From: a virus | Length of the DNA stretch: 64,000 nt | Virus record (IMG/VR): IMGVR_UViG_3300025141_000062 | Location: 1 to 64,000 of that record | Reading direction: 5' to 3' (one strand) | In this document: positions 1 through 10,174 of the stretch, piece by piece | Position numbering within the stretch: the stretch's first letter is position 1 | Layout: each line of letters starts with the position of its first letter | The notes under the pieces: generated by a model | The model's database searches: none | The model's input: the letters and a program-made list of their open reading frames with translations, nothing else | Told to the model about the DNA's origin: nothing | Made by a program: the position numbers and the translations under genes

Positions 1-761
1 TTGATCAATCAAATAGATTTTTTGACACAATTATGCCAAAATTTATGACATATGCAAATTTATCAGATGGCTTTGGAAGAAATGAATCTACAGGATCTAT
101 TGATATGATAGCGTTTAATCCTACAACATTCTACATAGAGTCTTCAAATAACAGGCAGCCATTTCCATATTCTGGAAATCCAAGTAGAGTTGATGATGAT
201 CCAACTGGCGTGTGGCTACAGCAGGGTGCAGGAGGCGTAACAGGCCAGGCTTCAGCTCTAAGGGGCACACTAAGTGTTAAGCAGATACTTTTTACAGTTG
301 GGTTTAAGGGCGGATCAATAACAACATATGTCTACGGTCATGAAGGAATAAGAACAAAAATAATAAATACATTTAAGCATGCACATCCGTCTGCAACTGG
401 ATCTACTGGATTTAGATATGGAATTATGAACATTGTTCCAGAGTTTCCTAAGAATATATTTAGAAGAGATAGGTATGGACAGCTTAGGGATATGCTCGAG
501 CAAGGGTCAGAAGGAAGATTTTATAAGCCAAGGCTGTCTGATATCGAAACTACAAGAAAGGGTATAAATACTAAAGATACATATGTTGGAGATCCGGCGG
601 TCTACAGCACGTTTACTGAAGCAAGCTCTTTTACAGAAGTCTCTCCATCTTCTACAGCATGCTCAAATCTAAGCTTTGCATCAACGTCATCTCTCCCTTA
701 TTTTGACGGAGAGACAAGAAATCGAGCATATACAACAGATACTGTTATTCTGGTTTCATAA
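1..761 (+). CDS. C-terminal part of a hypothetical (probably virion) protein, truncated by the window start
   Basis: The frame is open from position 3 up to the ATG at 33, so the true start is probably upstream of the window. The stop overlaps the next ATG (TAATG). Confidence 0.6.
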   Translation, partial: DQSNRFFDTIMPKFMTYANLSDGFGRNESTGSIDMIAFNPTTFYIESSNNRQPFPYSGNPSRVDDDPTGVWLQQGAGGVTGQASALRGTLSVKQILFTVGFKGGSITTYVYGHEGIRTKIINTFKHAHPSATGSTGFRYGIMNIVPEFPKNIFRRDRYGQLRDMLEQGSEGRFYKPRLSDIETTRKGINTKDTYVGDPAVYSTFTEASSFTEVSPSSTACSNLSFASTSSLPYFDGETRNRAYTTDTVILVS

Positions 762-1387
762 TGTCATTTAGTGTTTCAAAGGACAGTGCTAGAAGAAATG
801 AAAGATACACTGTTAGAAGTGGCTCAGACGATGGGCATATTGATGTAGTAATATTTCCAAACAGACTACAAATAGGGCTGGACGATAGTGATTTTAACCA
901 TGTTAACGTGATATCAGGAAGTCTCAAAGTTACAGAAAGCGTTACTGCAACAGAGGCAGTTACTGGAAAAATTCTCTATTACACATACCATAATTTTACA
1001 ATTTCATCAACAAGCGTCAATTACATTCCAATAAACACAGTCTCAGAAAGCACATCTGAAACAAACCAGGGTGTAGGGTTTCAAGCCCCTCACGATGGTC
1101 AGCTTAAAAGAGTCTTAATTAAGGTAAACGGAGCATGGGGTTCTGGATTTTTACATCTAACAACAATTGCATTTCACAAGGGTGGGAACGGTACAGAAGG
1201 AGTGGATTCAACTGCTTTGGAGTCTAAAACTGTTCAACTAAGCAGTGCAAATACAGTAAAGACTGCATCTTTTTCAACTGCAACCTTTAGTGCAGGAGAC
1301 ACAATTGCAGTTTCAATTGATCCATATGCAAGTGATTCGAGAATAGTTAGGATGACTTGTGTTTGGGAATATGACACTAATACATAA
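761..1387 (+). CDS. hypothetical virion protein, beta-rich C-terminal domain (fibre/decoration-like)
   Basis: 208-aa S/T-rich ORF with a beta-strand pattern, coupled to the upstream gene, in a structural-gene context. Confidence 0.45.
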   Translation: MSFSVSKDSARRNERYTVRSGSDDGHIDVVIFPNRLQIGLDDSDFNHVNVISGSLKVTESVTATEAVTGKILYYTYHNFTISSTSVNYIPINTVSESTSETNQGVGFQAPHDGQLKRVLIKVNGAWGSGFLHLTTIAFHKGGNGTEGVDSTALESKTVQLSSANTVKTASFSTATFSAGDTIAVSIDPYASDSRIVRMTCVWEYDTNT

Positions 1388-1406
1388 TTAATGAAGAGGA
1401 AAGGCT

Positions 1407-2378
1407 GTGGCAGGCATATTAGATAATAAAACTAGAATAATGGACGTAGTCTTAACAGACGAGGGAAAGCGTCAAATTACATCTGGAGAGTTAAAAATAG
1501 AGTTTGCTACTTTTTCAGACGGACAGACATTCTATCTAGGTGACATAATAAGTGGATCAGATGATGCAGCATCTAGGCTTTATCTTGAAGCATGTTCGCT
1601 TCCGAGAGACCAGATAGCGTTTGAGGCATCTGATGCAGGAAGCCTATCAACATTTACAGGAGGTGACATAGAGGTTTCAGGCGATGGAACAATATATTCT
1701 GGAAGTGCATCATCTAGACTATCTCCGATATCCAGCGGATCTATTTTTGCAAGCCTTGTAGATACAGTTCTTTCATCATCTATAAATAATTTTAAAAACC
1801 TTCAGACGATTGGAACAAAGGGATTTTTTGATAGTGATGAATTTGAAACCGATACTGACTATTTTGACTTTTATATATCTTATGAGTCTCCCTTTACAGA
1901 GCCTGCAACTGCAACAGCTGCACTTGATTGCATAGAGCCCTTATTTATGGACTATAGACTCAGCCATATTCCTGCATTTGCATTTTTACCACCTGTAATT
2001 CCTGCAGACAAGACTACAAGCGGTGTTTCATCAAACTGGGGAACATATTCTGACCTAAGTCAGGCAAGAGTTACTGAGTGGTCAGATCTTCTTTCAAAGG
2101 TATGGCCAAATTATCCAGATCCGGATTCAATTCCACAATATAGTGAGCTTAACTTTACAAATACTTCAAACTCTAATAATCTAATGTGCCAAATATTTGA
2201 GTCAGGCGGGGTATCTGACAATAGGCTAAAAAAGCTTGACGTTATTGACTTTGGAGAATTTACACTAGAAAATGAGCCAACAAAGCATGCTTTTTTTGCA
2301 GGTAAGGTATTTATAGATAGTGTTGGACAACCTACATTTGTTAACTTATTTACAATTGTATTTGAAAAGGAGTCATAG
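1407..2378 (+). CDS. putative virion structural (baseplate-associated) protein, paralog of 12370..13074
   Basis: GTG start after GAGG. N-terminus MAGILDNKTRIMDVVLTDEGKRQ resembles MGFLDHSTNNIILDAVLTDKGRELL. Confidence 0.55.
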   Translation: MAGILDNKTRIMDVVLTDEGKRQITSGELKIEFATFSDGQTFYLGDIISGSDDAASRLYLEACSLPRDQIAFEASDAGSLSTFTGGDIEVSGDGTIYSGSASSRLSPISSGSIFASLVDTVLSSSINNFKNLQTIGTKGFFDSDEFETDTDYFDFYISYESPFTEPATATAALDCIEPLFMDYRLSHIPAFAFLPPVIPADKTTSGVSSNWGTYSDLSQARVTEWSDLLSKVWPNYPDPDSIPQYSELNFTNTSNSNNLMCQIFESGGVSDNRLKKLDVIDFGEFTLENEPTKHAFFAGKVFIDSVGQPTFVNLFTIVFEKES

Positions 2379-3389
2379 GTGAAAATAAGTCTACCAACAA
2401 TAAGTGCTGTTTCATCAATAAGTGAGAAAATTATAGAAATTGAAGACGGATCAGACGGAAGAACATACTTTAACTATGAAATTTCAGTAGATGCAGATAC
2501 AGTTATGCTATTGGGAAATGATGTATCTATAATCTCTATTGTGCTTGTTGAGTCACTTGGATCTTCTCCCACAAGTGACTTTAGAAAGCTTGCAAGAGGA
2601 GATCTATCTCCAGCTGGACCGGAAAATATAAGAAACTTATATTCAGTAGATGAGTCTAGTAGTGGTGATTTATCAGCCATGCAATTTTCACCTTCTCTTA
2701 CAGTTGCTGATAGAAAGAAAATATTATTTTCTAAAAATAAAGCAATTGCAAGATCGATCATTAAAAATGAAAATCAGCAAAAAGCGCATATATCTAAAAA
2801 TAGTCAAAAAAGAAGAAATAAAAAAATAGGTGAGGCTAGCATATCTGTAAATTCATCAATTAATTCAGATGTTAAGAAAGAGATAGCAAGACAAAAATTA
2901 AAAAATTCTATAGTATCTAGTACAGGAGATACAATTTCTAAAAATAGCTCTGCTAATAATGTATTTTTTGATGGCGGATTTAAAATATCACAGATTAATA
3001 TTTCTAATATTCCCAGCTTTACTTCAAAAAACTTGAGCGAAATACCAATAATTGATTCACTGTTTATTCAAAAAAGAAGCCAAAGCATTCTATCAAACAT
3101 AGGAAATACAGAATATGTTAGAGATAGTTCTGGAAATGTTACAATTTCAAATAATTCTAAAAATATAAGTGTATCTACATCACAAGACGCACTGCAGGGT
3201 GTTCTAGAGAGGTCAGGAAATGGAACTATAGAAAAATCTCCTGTAGAGCAAACATTCAGCTCTGCATGTAAGTCAGCAATTATAAAATATGGAATGTCTC
3301 CAACGAAAATTATATCAAAAGATATATCAGAAATTATTAATTCTGCATATGATAATTTTCAGGGAACACTAACTAAAAAGAGGTCCTAA
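2379..3389 (+). CDS. hypothetical protein (S/I/K/N-rich); may be the N-terminal part of a fusion with 3389..5260
   Basis: 336-aa ORF, AGGAG upstream of the GTG start. Confidence 0.55.
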   Translation: MKISLPTISAVSSISEKIIEIEDGSDGRTYFNYEISVDADTVMLLGNDVSIISIVLVESLGSSPTSDFRKLARGDLSPAGPENIRNLYSVDESSSGDLSAMQFSPSLTVADRKKILFSKNKAIARSIIKNENQQKAHISKNSQKRRNKKIGEASISVNSSINSDVKKEIARQKLKNSIVSSTGDTISKNSSANNVFFDGGFKISQINISNIPSFTSKNLSEIPIIDSLFIQKRSQSILSNIGNTEYVRDSSGNVTISNNSKNISVSTSQDALQGVLERSGNGTIEKSPVEQTFSSACKSAIIKYGMSPTKIISKDISEIINSAYDNFQGTLTKKRS

Positions 3390-5260
3390 TGTCTAAAGTA
3401 AACGATTCACTATTAAAAGCTCTTGAATATAGGCAGATTTTAGGAACTCTTCGACATGGAATTGAAAAAATCCCATCAGCTTCTCCGCAAAATGCATCAC
3501 AGGTTTCAAAAAATAAAAAAATATCTATGATGACAAGGACTACGTCTGAAAGCACAAACATCAACACAAGCATCCAAGTAAGCACAAATAAAAACTTCTA
3601 TCTTAGTCTTAGGCTTATTAATTCAAATGGAATCATTGTTCAATCTGAGACAAAGAGCATAGATCATAATACAAATATTGACGATTTATATTCTTCAACA
3701 ATAAAGCCAAATATTTCTGCACAAAGACTAAATGATTCAACAATGAGAATATCTGTCAATCAAATGGATCCAAACTCAAATAAGGTTATAGTCCTATACA
3801 AGACAATAGACAATCAGACATTTTCTAAAGGGTCTGGATATAAGAAGATTGGTGAATATGATGCAAAACTTAAGGGCGATGCTATTGAAATAAGCAAGAA
3901 TATCTCTCCAGGGTCACACGTAATAGTAAGGGCAATATGCATATCTAGAAAGGGAATATATGGTTCATTTTCCGATGTTGTTGTTAAGCCGTCTATAGTA
4001 CCTTCTGACTATATGCTAGATGATAAAGACTCCTCTATATCCATATTTTCAAGAAACACAGGCACAGGGATCATTGTTGAGATACCAAGAGTTGTGGGTG
4101 ATCCAGTTGCTGTTAAATTTTTAAAAAGAGAGGTCACAAACACATCTAGCTCAATTGACAAGTTTAAGATATTGGACAATAATAAAAATGAGCTATTTCA
4201 TAAAAACAAACCTTTTCAAATAATTGACAAGGATGTCCATGACGGGCACACATATGAATATAAGTGTAAGCTAATATTTAAAAACGGAACTGAAAGACAG
4301 TCAAATAATAGCTCTATATCAAAAAGGGTAAAGCCATTTGACTCAATAGGCCTATCTTTAGACAGCCCCTCTGTCGCTCGTCTTGGGAGAGAGGGAAATT
4401 ACTCAGTCGCTCTAAACTGTGATGTCTCTATTCCGAGCTCTGATGCAGACACAGTAAGGTCAGTATTTTCAAATCTAGGTCTTTTAGATTTATTTTCATC
4501 TGAATTTGAAGACGTTAAGTCTCAATTTGAAACAATCTCAATGGTTAAGATTATGAGGCTTGATGTGACAACAGGTGAGATTTATGATTGCGGCGAATAC
4601 CCTGCAGGATCTTTTACAGATAGGGGAGATTCATTAAAGGGAAGGCCATGCCCAGTTTCAGGTTCTGAATATATATACATTGTCAAGACCCTAATAAGAG
4701 TCCCAGATCAAGTTATTTCAGAAATTAAGACAGCTCAATCATACAGAAATTCAAATAAATTTGACAAGATTCAATCGGCAGTTTCAGGTAGAGATGATGG
4801 TTCATCAATTGATCCAAACTTTAGTGAAAAGTTTTTTACACCTATTGCAATTAGAAGGTCTACAGTCTCCTATGGCATTGCGCTAGTTAAAAATCATGCT
4901 GGAAATACATTTGAAATAGGTGAAATCGGTGTGGAGAAAATAGTAAGAGTTTCAACTCCAAAAAAATCTATATCCATTAGGCCAAAAAGAATTTCCGTAA
5001 ACTTTAGAAAAGAGGTAATTGTAGAGTGGAGAGTAAGAGGCGATATCAGTGAAATTGATCACTTCATAATAACATCAACAAGAAACGGTGTAACAGTTCC
5101 GACAGGTGTTCATCACTCAACTTCAAAAAATAGCTCATTTAAGTACGTTGACACAAATCAGCTAAAAATTCCAGGAGATGTTACATATGGAATAATCCCT
5201 GTATTTTCTAATTATGATGTCGGATTACAGACAAGTTTGGGAAATGTGTCAATTGACTAA
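3389..5260 (+). CDS. hypothetical protein with Ig/fibronectin-III-like beta-sandwich repeats
   Basis: FN3-like strand motifs DKDVHDGHTYEYKCKL, GSEYIYIVK, VEWRV...TYGIIPV. Confidence 0.5.
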   Translation: MSKVNDSLLKALEYRQILGTLRHGIEKIPSASPQNASQVSKNKKISMMTRTTSESTNINTSIQVSTNKNFYLSLRLINSNGIIVQSETKSIDHNTNIDDLYSSTIKPNISAQRLNDSTMRISVNQMDPNSNKVIVLYKTIDNQTFSKGSGYKKIGEYDAKLKGDAIEISKNISPGSHVIVRAICISRKGIYGSFSDVVVKPSIVPSDYMLDDKDSSISIFSRNTGTGIIVEIPRVVGDPVAVKFLKREVTNTSSSIDKFKILDNNKNELFHKNKPFQIIDKDVHDGHTYEYKCKLIFKNGTERQSNNSSISKRVKPFDSIGLSLDSPSVARLGREGNYSVALNCDVSIPSSDADTVRSVFSNLGLLDLFSSEFEDVKSQFETISMVKIMRLDVTTGEIYDCGEYPAGSFTDRGDSLKGRPCPVSGSEYIYIVKTLIRVPDQVISEIKTAQSYRNSNKFDKIQSAVSGRDDGSSIDPNFSEKFFTPIAIRRSTVSYGIALVKNHAGNTFEIGEIGVEKIVRVSTPKKSISIRPKRISVNFRKEVIVEWRVRGDISEIDHFIITSTRNGVTVPTGVHHSTSKNSSFKYVDTNQLKIPGDVTYGIIPVFSNYDVGLQTSLGNVSID

Positions 5261-5281
5261 TATTAAGAATAGAGGTGTGAA

Positions 5282-8200
5282 ATGTCAAAAGGTGTAGAGA
5301 TAGAGTCAATTCCCACATCTGCAGCTTGTGTCTGCAAGGGAACAATTATTAAGACACAAAGGGGAGACATTCCAGTAGAGAATATTGAAGTCGGTGATAG
5401 GGCATTTACATATAATTTTAATGAAAGAAGGCTTGAGTACTTTGATATACCCTGGATAACAGGGCCTAGAGATGTTGAAAGATACGTCAGAATTGTTACA
5501 TCACAGGGATATGAGATTAAATGTTCTGAAACACATCCAATTTGTAGTGATGATGTTTTATCCTGGGTAATAGATGCATGTGAAATGAAGGTGGGAAATA
5601 GCCTATTTGTGCTACATGAAGGTGAGATTGCTAGAGATACAGTCAAAGATATTGAAATATGTGATCAAAAGACAACAGTTTATAATTTTGAAGTAAGTAA
5701 GGTTCACACATATCTAAGCAATAATATATTGTCACATAACATGGCAGCTGCAGGTGCAACAGGCTCATCATCACATGGTGCCAAAACAGCTAGATATGCT
5801 ACCGGAACATTTGTCGTGCTAGGGGGAATGTCATCTGAAGAAAGCAGCTCTGAGCCTGGATCTACAACGGAAAGTACAACAGAGTGGGTGTCAGAATATC
5901 CCGGAGAAGGAACATCTTCAATTACATTATATACACACGGATCTACTGGAAAGGTAGACTTTATAGATTCTATTTCTGAAATACTTGAAGAATTTACAAG
6001 TCCAGCAAGAACTATCGGATTATCAACAGGTGCACCTGAAATTATAGCAAGCATAGACTTTGTTCCTGTCTATAATAGTGACTCTTCAGACGACGTTAAT
6101 ACAGAGGTTAAAGACTCTCTTTATCAAAGTGCACTACTTGATACACTGACTAGAGAGGCAACTAGAAACTCTCTAAGAAAAATTATAGATAATGAAGATG
6201 GTGTAACAGACACAATAATATCGCAGATAGGAGATCAGCTTTCAACAATAAGCTCATATAGTGAACTTTCTGCAGTCATATCAAGTCTCAATAGCAAAAG
6301 ATACTATACGATGGGGCTAGGTGTGGGTGGTGACTTATCTGCAATATATTATGATCTGTATACAATGTTTAGATATCTAAGAGATGTTTTTGACGTAAAT
6401 TTCTCAACAGGCGATATGATACCAGCATTCATGGAAACAGACGCAACTGATACAAGAAATCTCGGATCAGAAACATATCTATCAACAGAAAATTCTGGAC
6501 CGCTCGGGGCAGCTGCTACTTCAATTGCATATTTTTTTAAAAATTATTTAAATTTTTCAGAAGATGCATATGCAAGCTCATCTGCAACTAAAATAGTTGG
6601 ACAGATTGTACAGGACCTGAGAAGGTCAATATTTATGTCATCTCCAATAGCAGCCATGGAGGGCTCTAGCTTTTCATATGCCACTGAAGATGGAACATCT
6701 GATAGGGCAAATACGCTAATCCCGTATACTGTTGTCGACGATACAGATGCTGATTATTGTAATATGTCATCTACAAATACTTCAATAGCTTATTTAAATA
6801 AAGCATATGAGGATATTGGAACTCTTGAAGGTGTTGTAGACGAAGATGGAAATCTAATATCGCTATTTGGAATAAGCCAGGATAATTATACTTCTTTTGT
6901 AAAGGGCTTGCCAGATTCTGGTGTAGAGACAGTTACATCAATTCTTCACATTATCGGTCGCGAGATAAATCTGTCATTTTGTAATCTTATGCCTGAGGTT
7001 CATAGCATAGTAAATAGTCTAACTGGTGACTCAAGCTTCTACATAGACCAGACAGATCAAGCAAATTCTGCAAGCGTGCCTGGTCCACTAGAGATGATAA
7101 ACAAAGTCCTTGGAAATATAGCAGGATCTCTGGGATCATCAGACCACACTCAAAATATTGAATCAATATCAACACTTATAAATCCTTCATTCACCCCTAC
7201 CGCAGCTGACGGATCAGAGGCTTCAAAGATATTTATGTTTGAGAAGTTTTCAATAGACGATTCATTTGGCATAGATGCAATTGCTGGATATGATGCCTTT
7301 GCTGGAGATCTTGTCAGCGGAATTAGAGACTATGTGGACACTGGTACGATGACATTCTCATCTCTATCTGAGTGGAGCAGTGACTGGGCAGCAAAGGGAT
7401 CATCAATAAGACATCTTATTCCACTTATGATCGGCGGCGCGAGAGGTCAAACCGCCCTCCCAGCACATATGTTCAACTATCTCGCTCAATACATCTTACA
7501 AAATCAGATAACAACAGACTACGGCCTCGAGGGCTATCTTCAGTCAGATTCAGGTAGAGAAAATCTAGACGAGCTAGAAATGATAAGGCTTTATGTCATG
7601 AAGCTCGCTGGAGAAAATCCAACAGTAGGATACTATCTAGCAAGATATCTTGATCTAAGATTTTATATGCAAGCTCTCGATGAGATACCAAAATTTTCAG
7701 CATTTGGATCAAGTGAGACAGGCTCATATGACGCAGTTGTTGATGAAGATAGGGCAAATAACTTAGATATCTCTTCTTTAGATAGCGATCTTATGTCAAA
7801 TCTTCAGAGTGTATATAAACAGTTCTATAGTGCAGCGAGCGATCTTGCAACAGAAGTTTTTAACGTAGTTCACGTATCATCTAGCACAGAAGAAAGTCTT
7901 GAATCAGTTCTTGATGAAATAGATGAAAATTTCTATAGAAGTGAAGATGAGACAGCAATCCTTGTAACAACCATGGAGCAAGAAGAAGATTTTGACGTTC
8001 TAGAGACAGTTTTAGGAATTGCGCTAGTCACGCAGGATAACACATCTCTAACAAGATCTATATTTGATCTTCCAGCGCTTATTTTTAATGAATTTATAGA
8101 AGAGGCCGACGGAGTTGACTACTTTGAAGATTTAGGAATGGCTGGCCTCTTATTTCCTCACGAGCCTTCTGTTGAAGAGATGATCGGTTCAAAGTCAGTT

Positions 8201-10165
8201 GAGGATTTTGAATCTAAGGTATCAAACTGGAAAACAACATATAGGGAGCTTTCATCAAGCTGTATGAGAAGCGCAATATCTCACTGTATATCAACAGTGC
8301 TTAGTGATTCAAGCTTTGGGATAAGCAATGCAATTAATTTAGCAATGCCTAGAGATATACTTGAAATCGATGGAGATTCATCGTGGGTAATAGGCTCTGT
8401 AATCCATATAGACTATGTTAAGTTTACTGAATTTTCAGTTGCCGTTGCAAATATACTAGATGAGAATGTTACATTTTCCGGAGATATGCTTCTTGTTGAT
8501 GTAGATGCAGAAGCAACAGGTGAATCACTAGCATCTACTGCTCATACATATTTTTCTAGTAATTCAGACACGTATATGTCTACAGACGGAACGTGGACGT
8601 CAATAAATACAGTATTTTCTGCTCTAGCAGAAGACTATGCAACAACTATAGGGCTTGCAGAGATTCCATCACTTATAGCTGGAAATATATCTCAAAGATA
8701 CACTGATCTCCAAGCTGTTTTTAGCTCTTCTGGCTTTAAGAGTGCAATGCACATTACAGATATGCTTACACAGTCATGTCTTTCAAATGAGACATCGCTA
8801 TACGGCATGGACTATGATGACATATTTTCATCAATTGTGTCAAAATTTATGACGCCAGAGGGTGTATCGTCTATGTACGTTCATCGAGCAAGGGCACTGC
8901 TCCTATCACCGGGAGGATGCTTCGATGACGAAATAAGCCAAGAAGGTGTTCAGAACAGCGGCGAAGATCTCTTAATGCCCATGTCAGAAGTAATACCGCA
9001 GAGCTACCTAATAGAAAGAGTTATTCCATTTACGAGAATTGCAAATATAAATGGCGAAGTTTCACTTACAGGAGATCCAAGCACAGATAGAAAGAAAATT
9101 ATTACAGTCGGAATTCCTGCCGGACTATGCGAAAGGTTGCGTGAGCAGGCTTCACAATACGCTGGAGACGGAATGGGTGAAAGCAAGGTTTATGAGAATA
9201 GCTCCTTAATTAATATAAAGATATTTAAGAAAGATCTTGATGTGGGAAATGTGTACTACTATCCCATGAACTTTCTATTTGACACATCGCTTTGGGTAAA
9301 TCCCGGCATACAGAGTGTAGAGTCGATAACAAGCGATATCTTTGGAGGAACAGGCTGGTACTCTCCATCTGAAGTTGAGTACGACACAGCAGACCAAGAA
9401 ACTGAATTACTTCAAGGCATGGGCTGGGTTTATTGCCATATACCTCCGAGAGGGGATGGACCTGCAGCAACAGGAGCTTCTGGCAATCTATACTCATCAT
9501 ATGACCTTGAAAGTAACCTTAGAATTGTTTCAAATAAGTTCGATTCAGATGAGGTATTTAAAAATCACGCATACGATAGGTTTCTAAAGTCATACATAAA
9601 GCTCATGTCCGGACTAGATGTAAATGAAAATAAATTTAACCTATTTAAAGATGCTACATCTACACAATCAGATGTCAGCTCCGGGGTAGGGAATAACGTT
9701 ACAGCTATCGCAGAAGCCCTCTCAGGGTATGCTGATCTATCTAGTTCTGAACTTGACAACCAAGAGAATGACACTATGAAGCTAGATATTCTTAAAATAT
9801 TGAAGCATGGAATAACAAATAGCATTCTAGGTGACTTCTCACCTTCGACATACACAGCAGATAGAATAGTTGCCTGTGCAAGGCAGACTTATGCACTTTC
9901 TAGTGATAAGTACATTAACCAGATATACCTACCTCAGATATTTGATAGAATATTTTGTATGATTATAGATCCAGATGCATTTGTACTTAGCGGTGAGACA
10001 GATGATGGTGGTTCTGACTTTCTCGGCGATCTTTCTTCCGCCGGCATAGATGTTGACTATAAATCTGAGCTATTTAATATTTACGCAACAGTTGAAATAG
10101 TTTCAACGACAGATGCCACAGCATATACGTCGACTAATATTGATGATGGAAAATTTACAACATAG
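5282..10165 (+). CDS. large acidic putative virion protein with an N-terminal Hint (intein-like/BIL) domain
   Basis: Residues 16-153 carry block A CVCKGT, block B CSETHP and blocks F/G VYNFEVSKVHTYLSNNILSHN. The remainder is D/E/S-rich with no recognised motif. Confidence 0.75.
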   Translation: MSKGVEIESIPTSAACVCKGTIIKTQRGDIPVENIEVGDRAFTYNFNERRLEYFDIPWITGPRDVERYVRIVTSQGYEIKCSETHPICSDDVLSWVIDACEMKVGNSLFVLHEGEIARDTVKDIEICDQKTTVYNFEVSKVHTYLSNNILSHNMAAAGATGSSSHGAKTARYATGTFVVLGGMSSEESSSEPGSTTESTTEWVSEYPGEGTSSITLYTHGSTGKVDFIDSISEILEEFTSPARTIGLSTGAPEIIASIDFVPVYNSDSSDDVNTEVKDSLYQSALLDTLTREATRNSLRKIIDNEDGVTDTIISQIGDQLSTISSYSELSAVISSLNSKRYYTMGLGVGGDLSAIYYDLYTMFRYLRDVFDVNFSTGDMIPAFMETDATDTRNLGSETYLSTENSGPLGAAATSIAYFFKNYLNFSEDAYASSSATKIVGQIVQDLRRSIFMSSPIAAMEGSSFSYATEDGTSDRANTLIPYTVVDDTDADYCNMSSTNTSIAYLNKAYEDIGTLEGVVDEDGNLISLFGISQDNYTSFVKGLPDSGVETVTSILHIIGREINLSFCNLMPEVHSIVNSLTGDSSFYIDQTDQANSASVPGPLEMINKVLGNIAGSLGSSDHTQNIESISTLINPSFTPTAADGSEASKIFMFEKFSIDDSFGIDAIAGYDAFAGDLVSGIRDYVDTGTMTFSSLSEWSSDWAAKGSSIRHLIPLMIGGARGQTALPAHMFNYLAQYILQNQITTDYGLEGYLQSDSGRENLDELEMIRLYVMKLAGENPTVGYYLARYLDLRFYMQALDEIPKFSAFGSSETGSYDAVVDEDRANNLDISSLDSDLMSNLQSVYKQFYSAASDLATEVFNVVHVSSSTEESLESVLDEIDENFYRSEDETAILVTTMEQEEDFDVLETVLGIALVTQDNTSLTRSIFDLPALIFNEFIEEADGVDYFEDLGMAGLLFPHEPSVEEMIGSKSVEDFESKVSNWKTTYRELSSSCMRSAISHCISTVLSDSSFGISNAINLAMPRDILEIDGDSSWVIGSVIHIDYVKFTEFSVAVANILDENVTFSGDMLLVDVDAEATGESLASTAHTYFSSNSDTYMSTDGTWTSINTVFSALAEDYATTIGLAEIPSLIAGNISQRYTDLQAVFSSSGFKSAMHITDMLTQSCLSNETSLYGMDYDDIFSSIVSKFMTPEGVSSMYVHRARALLLSPGGCFDDEISQEGVQNSGEDLLMPMSEVIPQSYLIERVIPFTRIANINGEVSLTGDPSTDRKKIITVGIPAGLCERLREQASQYAGDGMGESKVYENSSLINIKIFKKDLDVGNVYYYPMNFLFDTSLWVNPGIQSVESITSDIFGGTGWYSPSEVEYDTADQETELLQGMGWVYCHIPPRGDGPAATGASGNLYSSYDLESNLRIVSNKFDSDEVFKNHAYDRFLKSYIKLMSGLDVNENKFNLFKDATSTQSDVSSGVGNNVTAIAEALSGYADLSSSELDNQENDTMKLDILKILKHGITNSILGDFSPSTYTADRIVACARQTYALSSDKYINQIYLPQIFDRIFCMIIDPDAFVLSGETDDGGSDFLGDLSSAGIDVDYKSELFNIYATVEIVSTTDATAYTSTNIDDGKFTT
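5327..5740 (+). other. Hint domain (138 aa, no homing endonuclease); +1 residue is Met
   Basis: Starts TGT (Cys16), ends CAT AAC (His-Asn), followed by ATG at 5741. Confidence 0.85.
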
Positions 10166-10174
10166 GAAAATAAA

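Noticed and set aside
5327-5740. Canonical splicing intein or mobile homing element
   Set aside because: The +1 residue is Met rather than Cys/Ser/Thr and there is no endonuclease domain, so it is reported as a BIL-type Hint instead.
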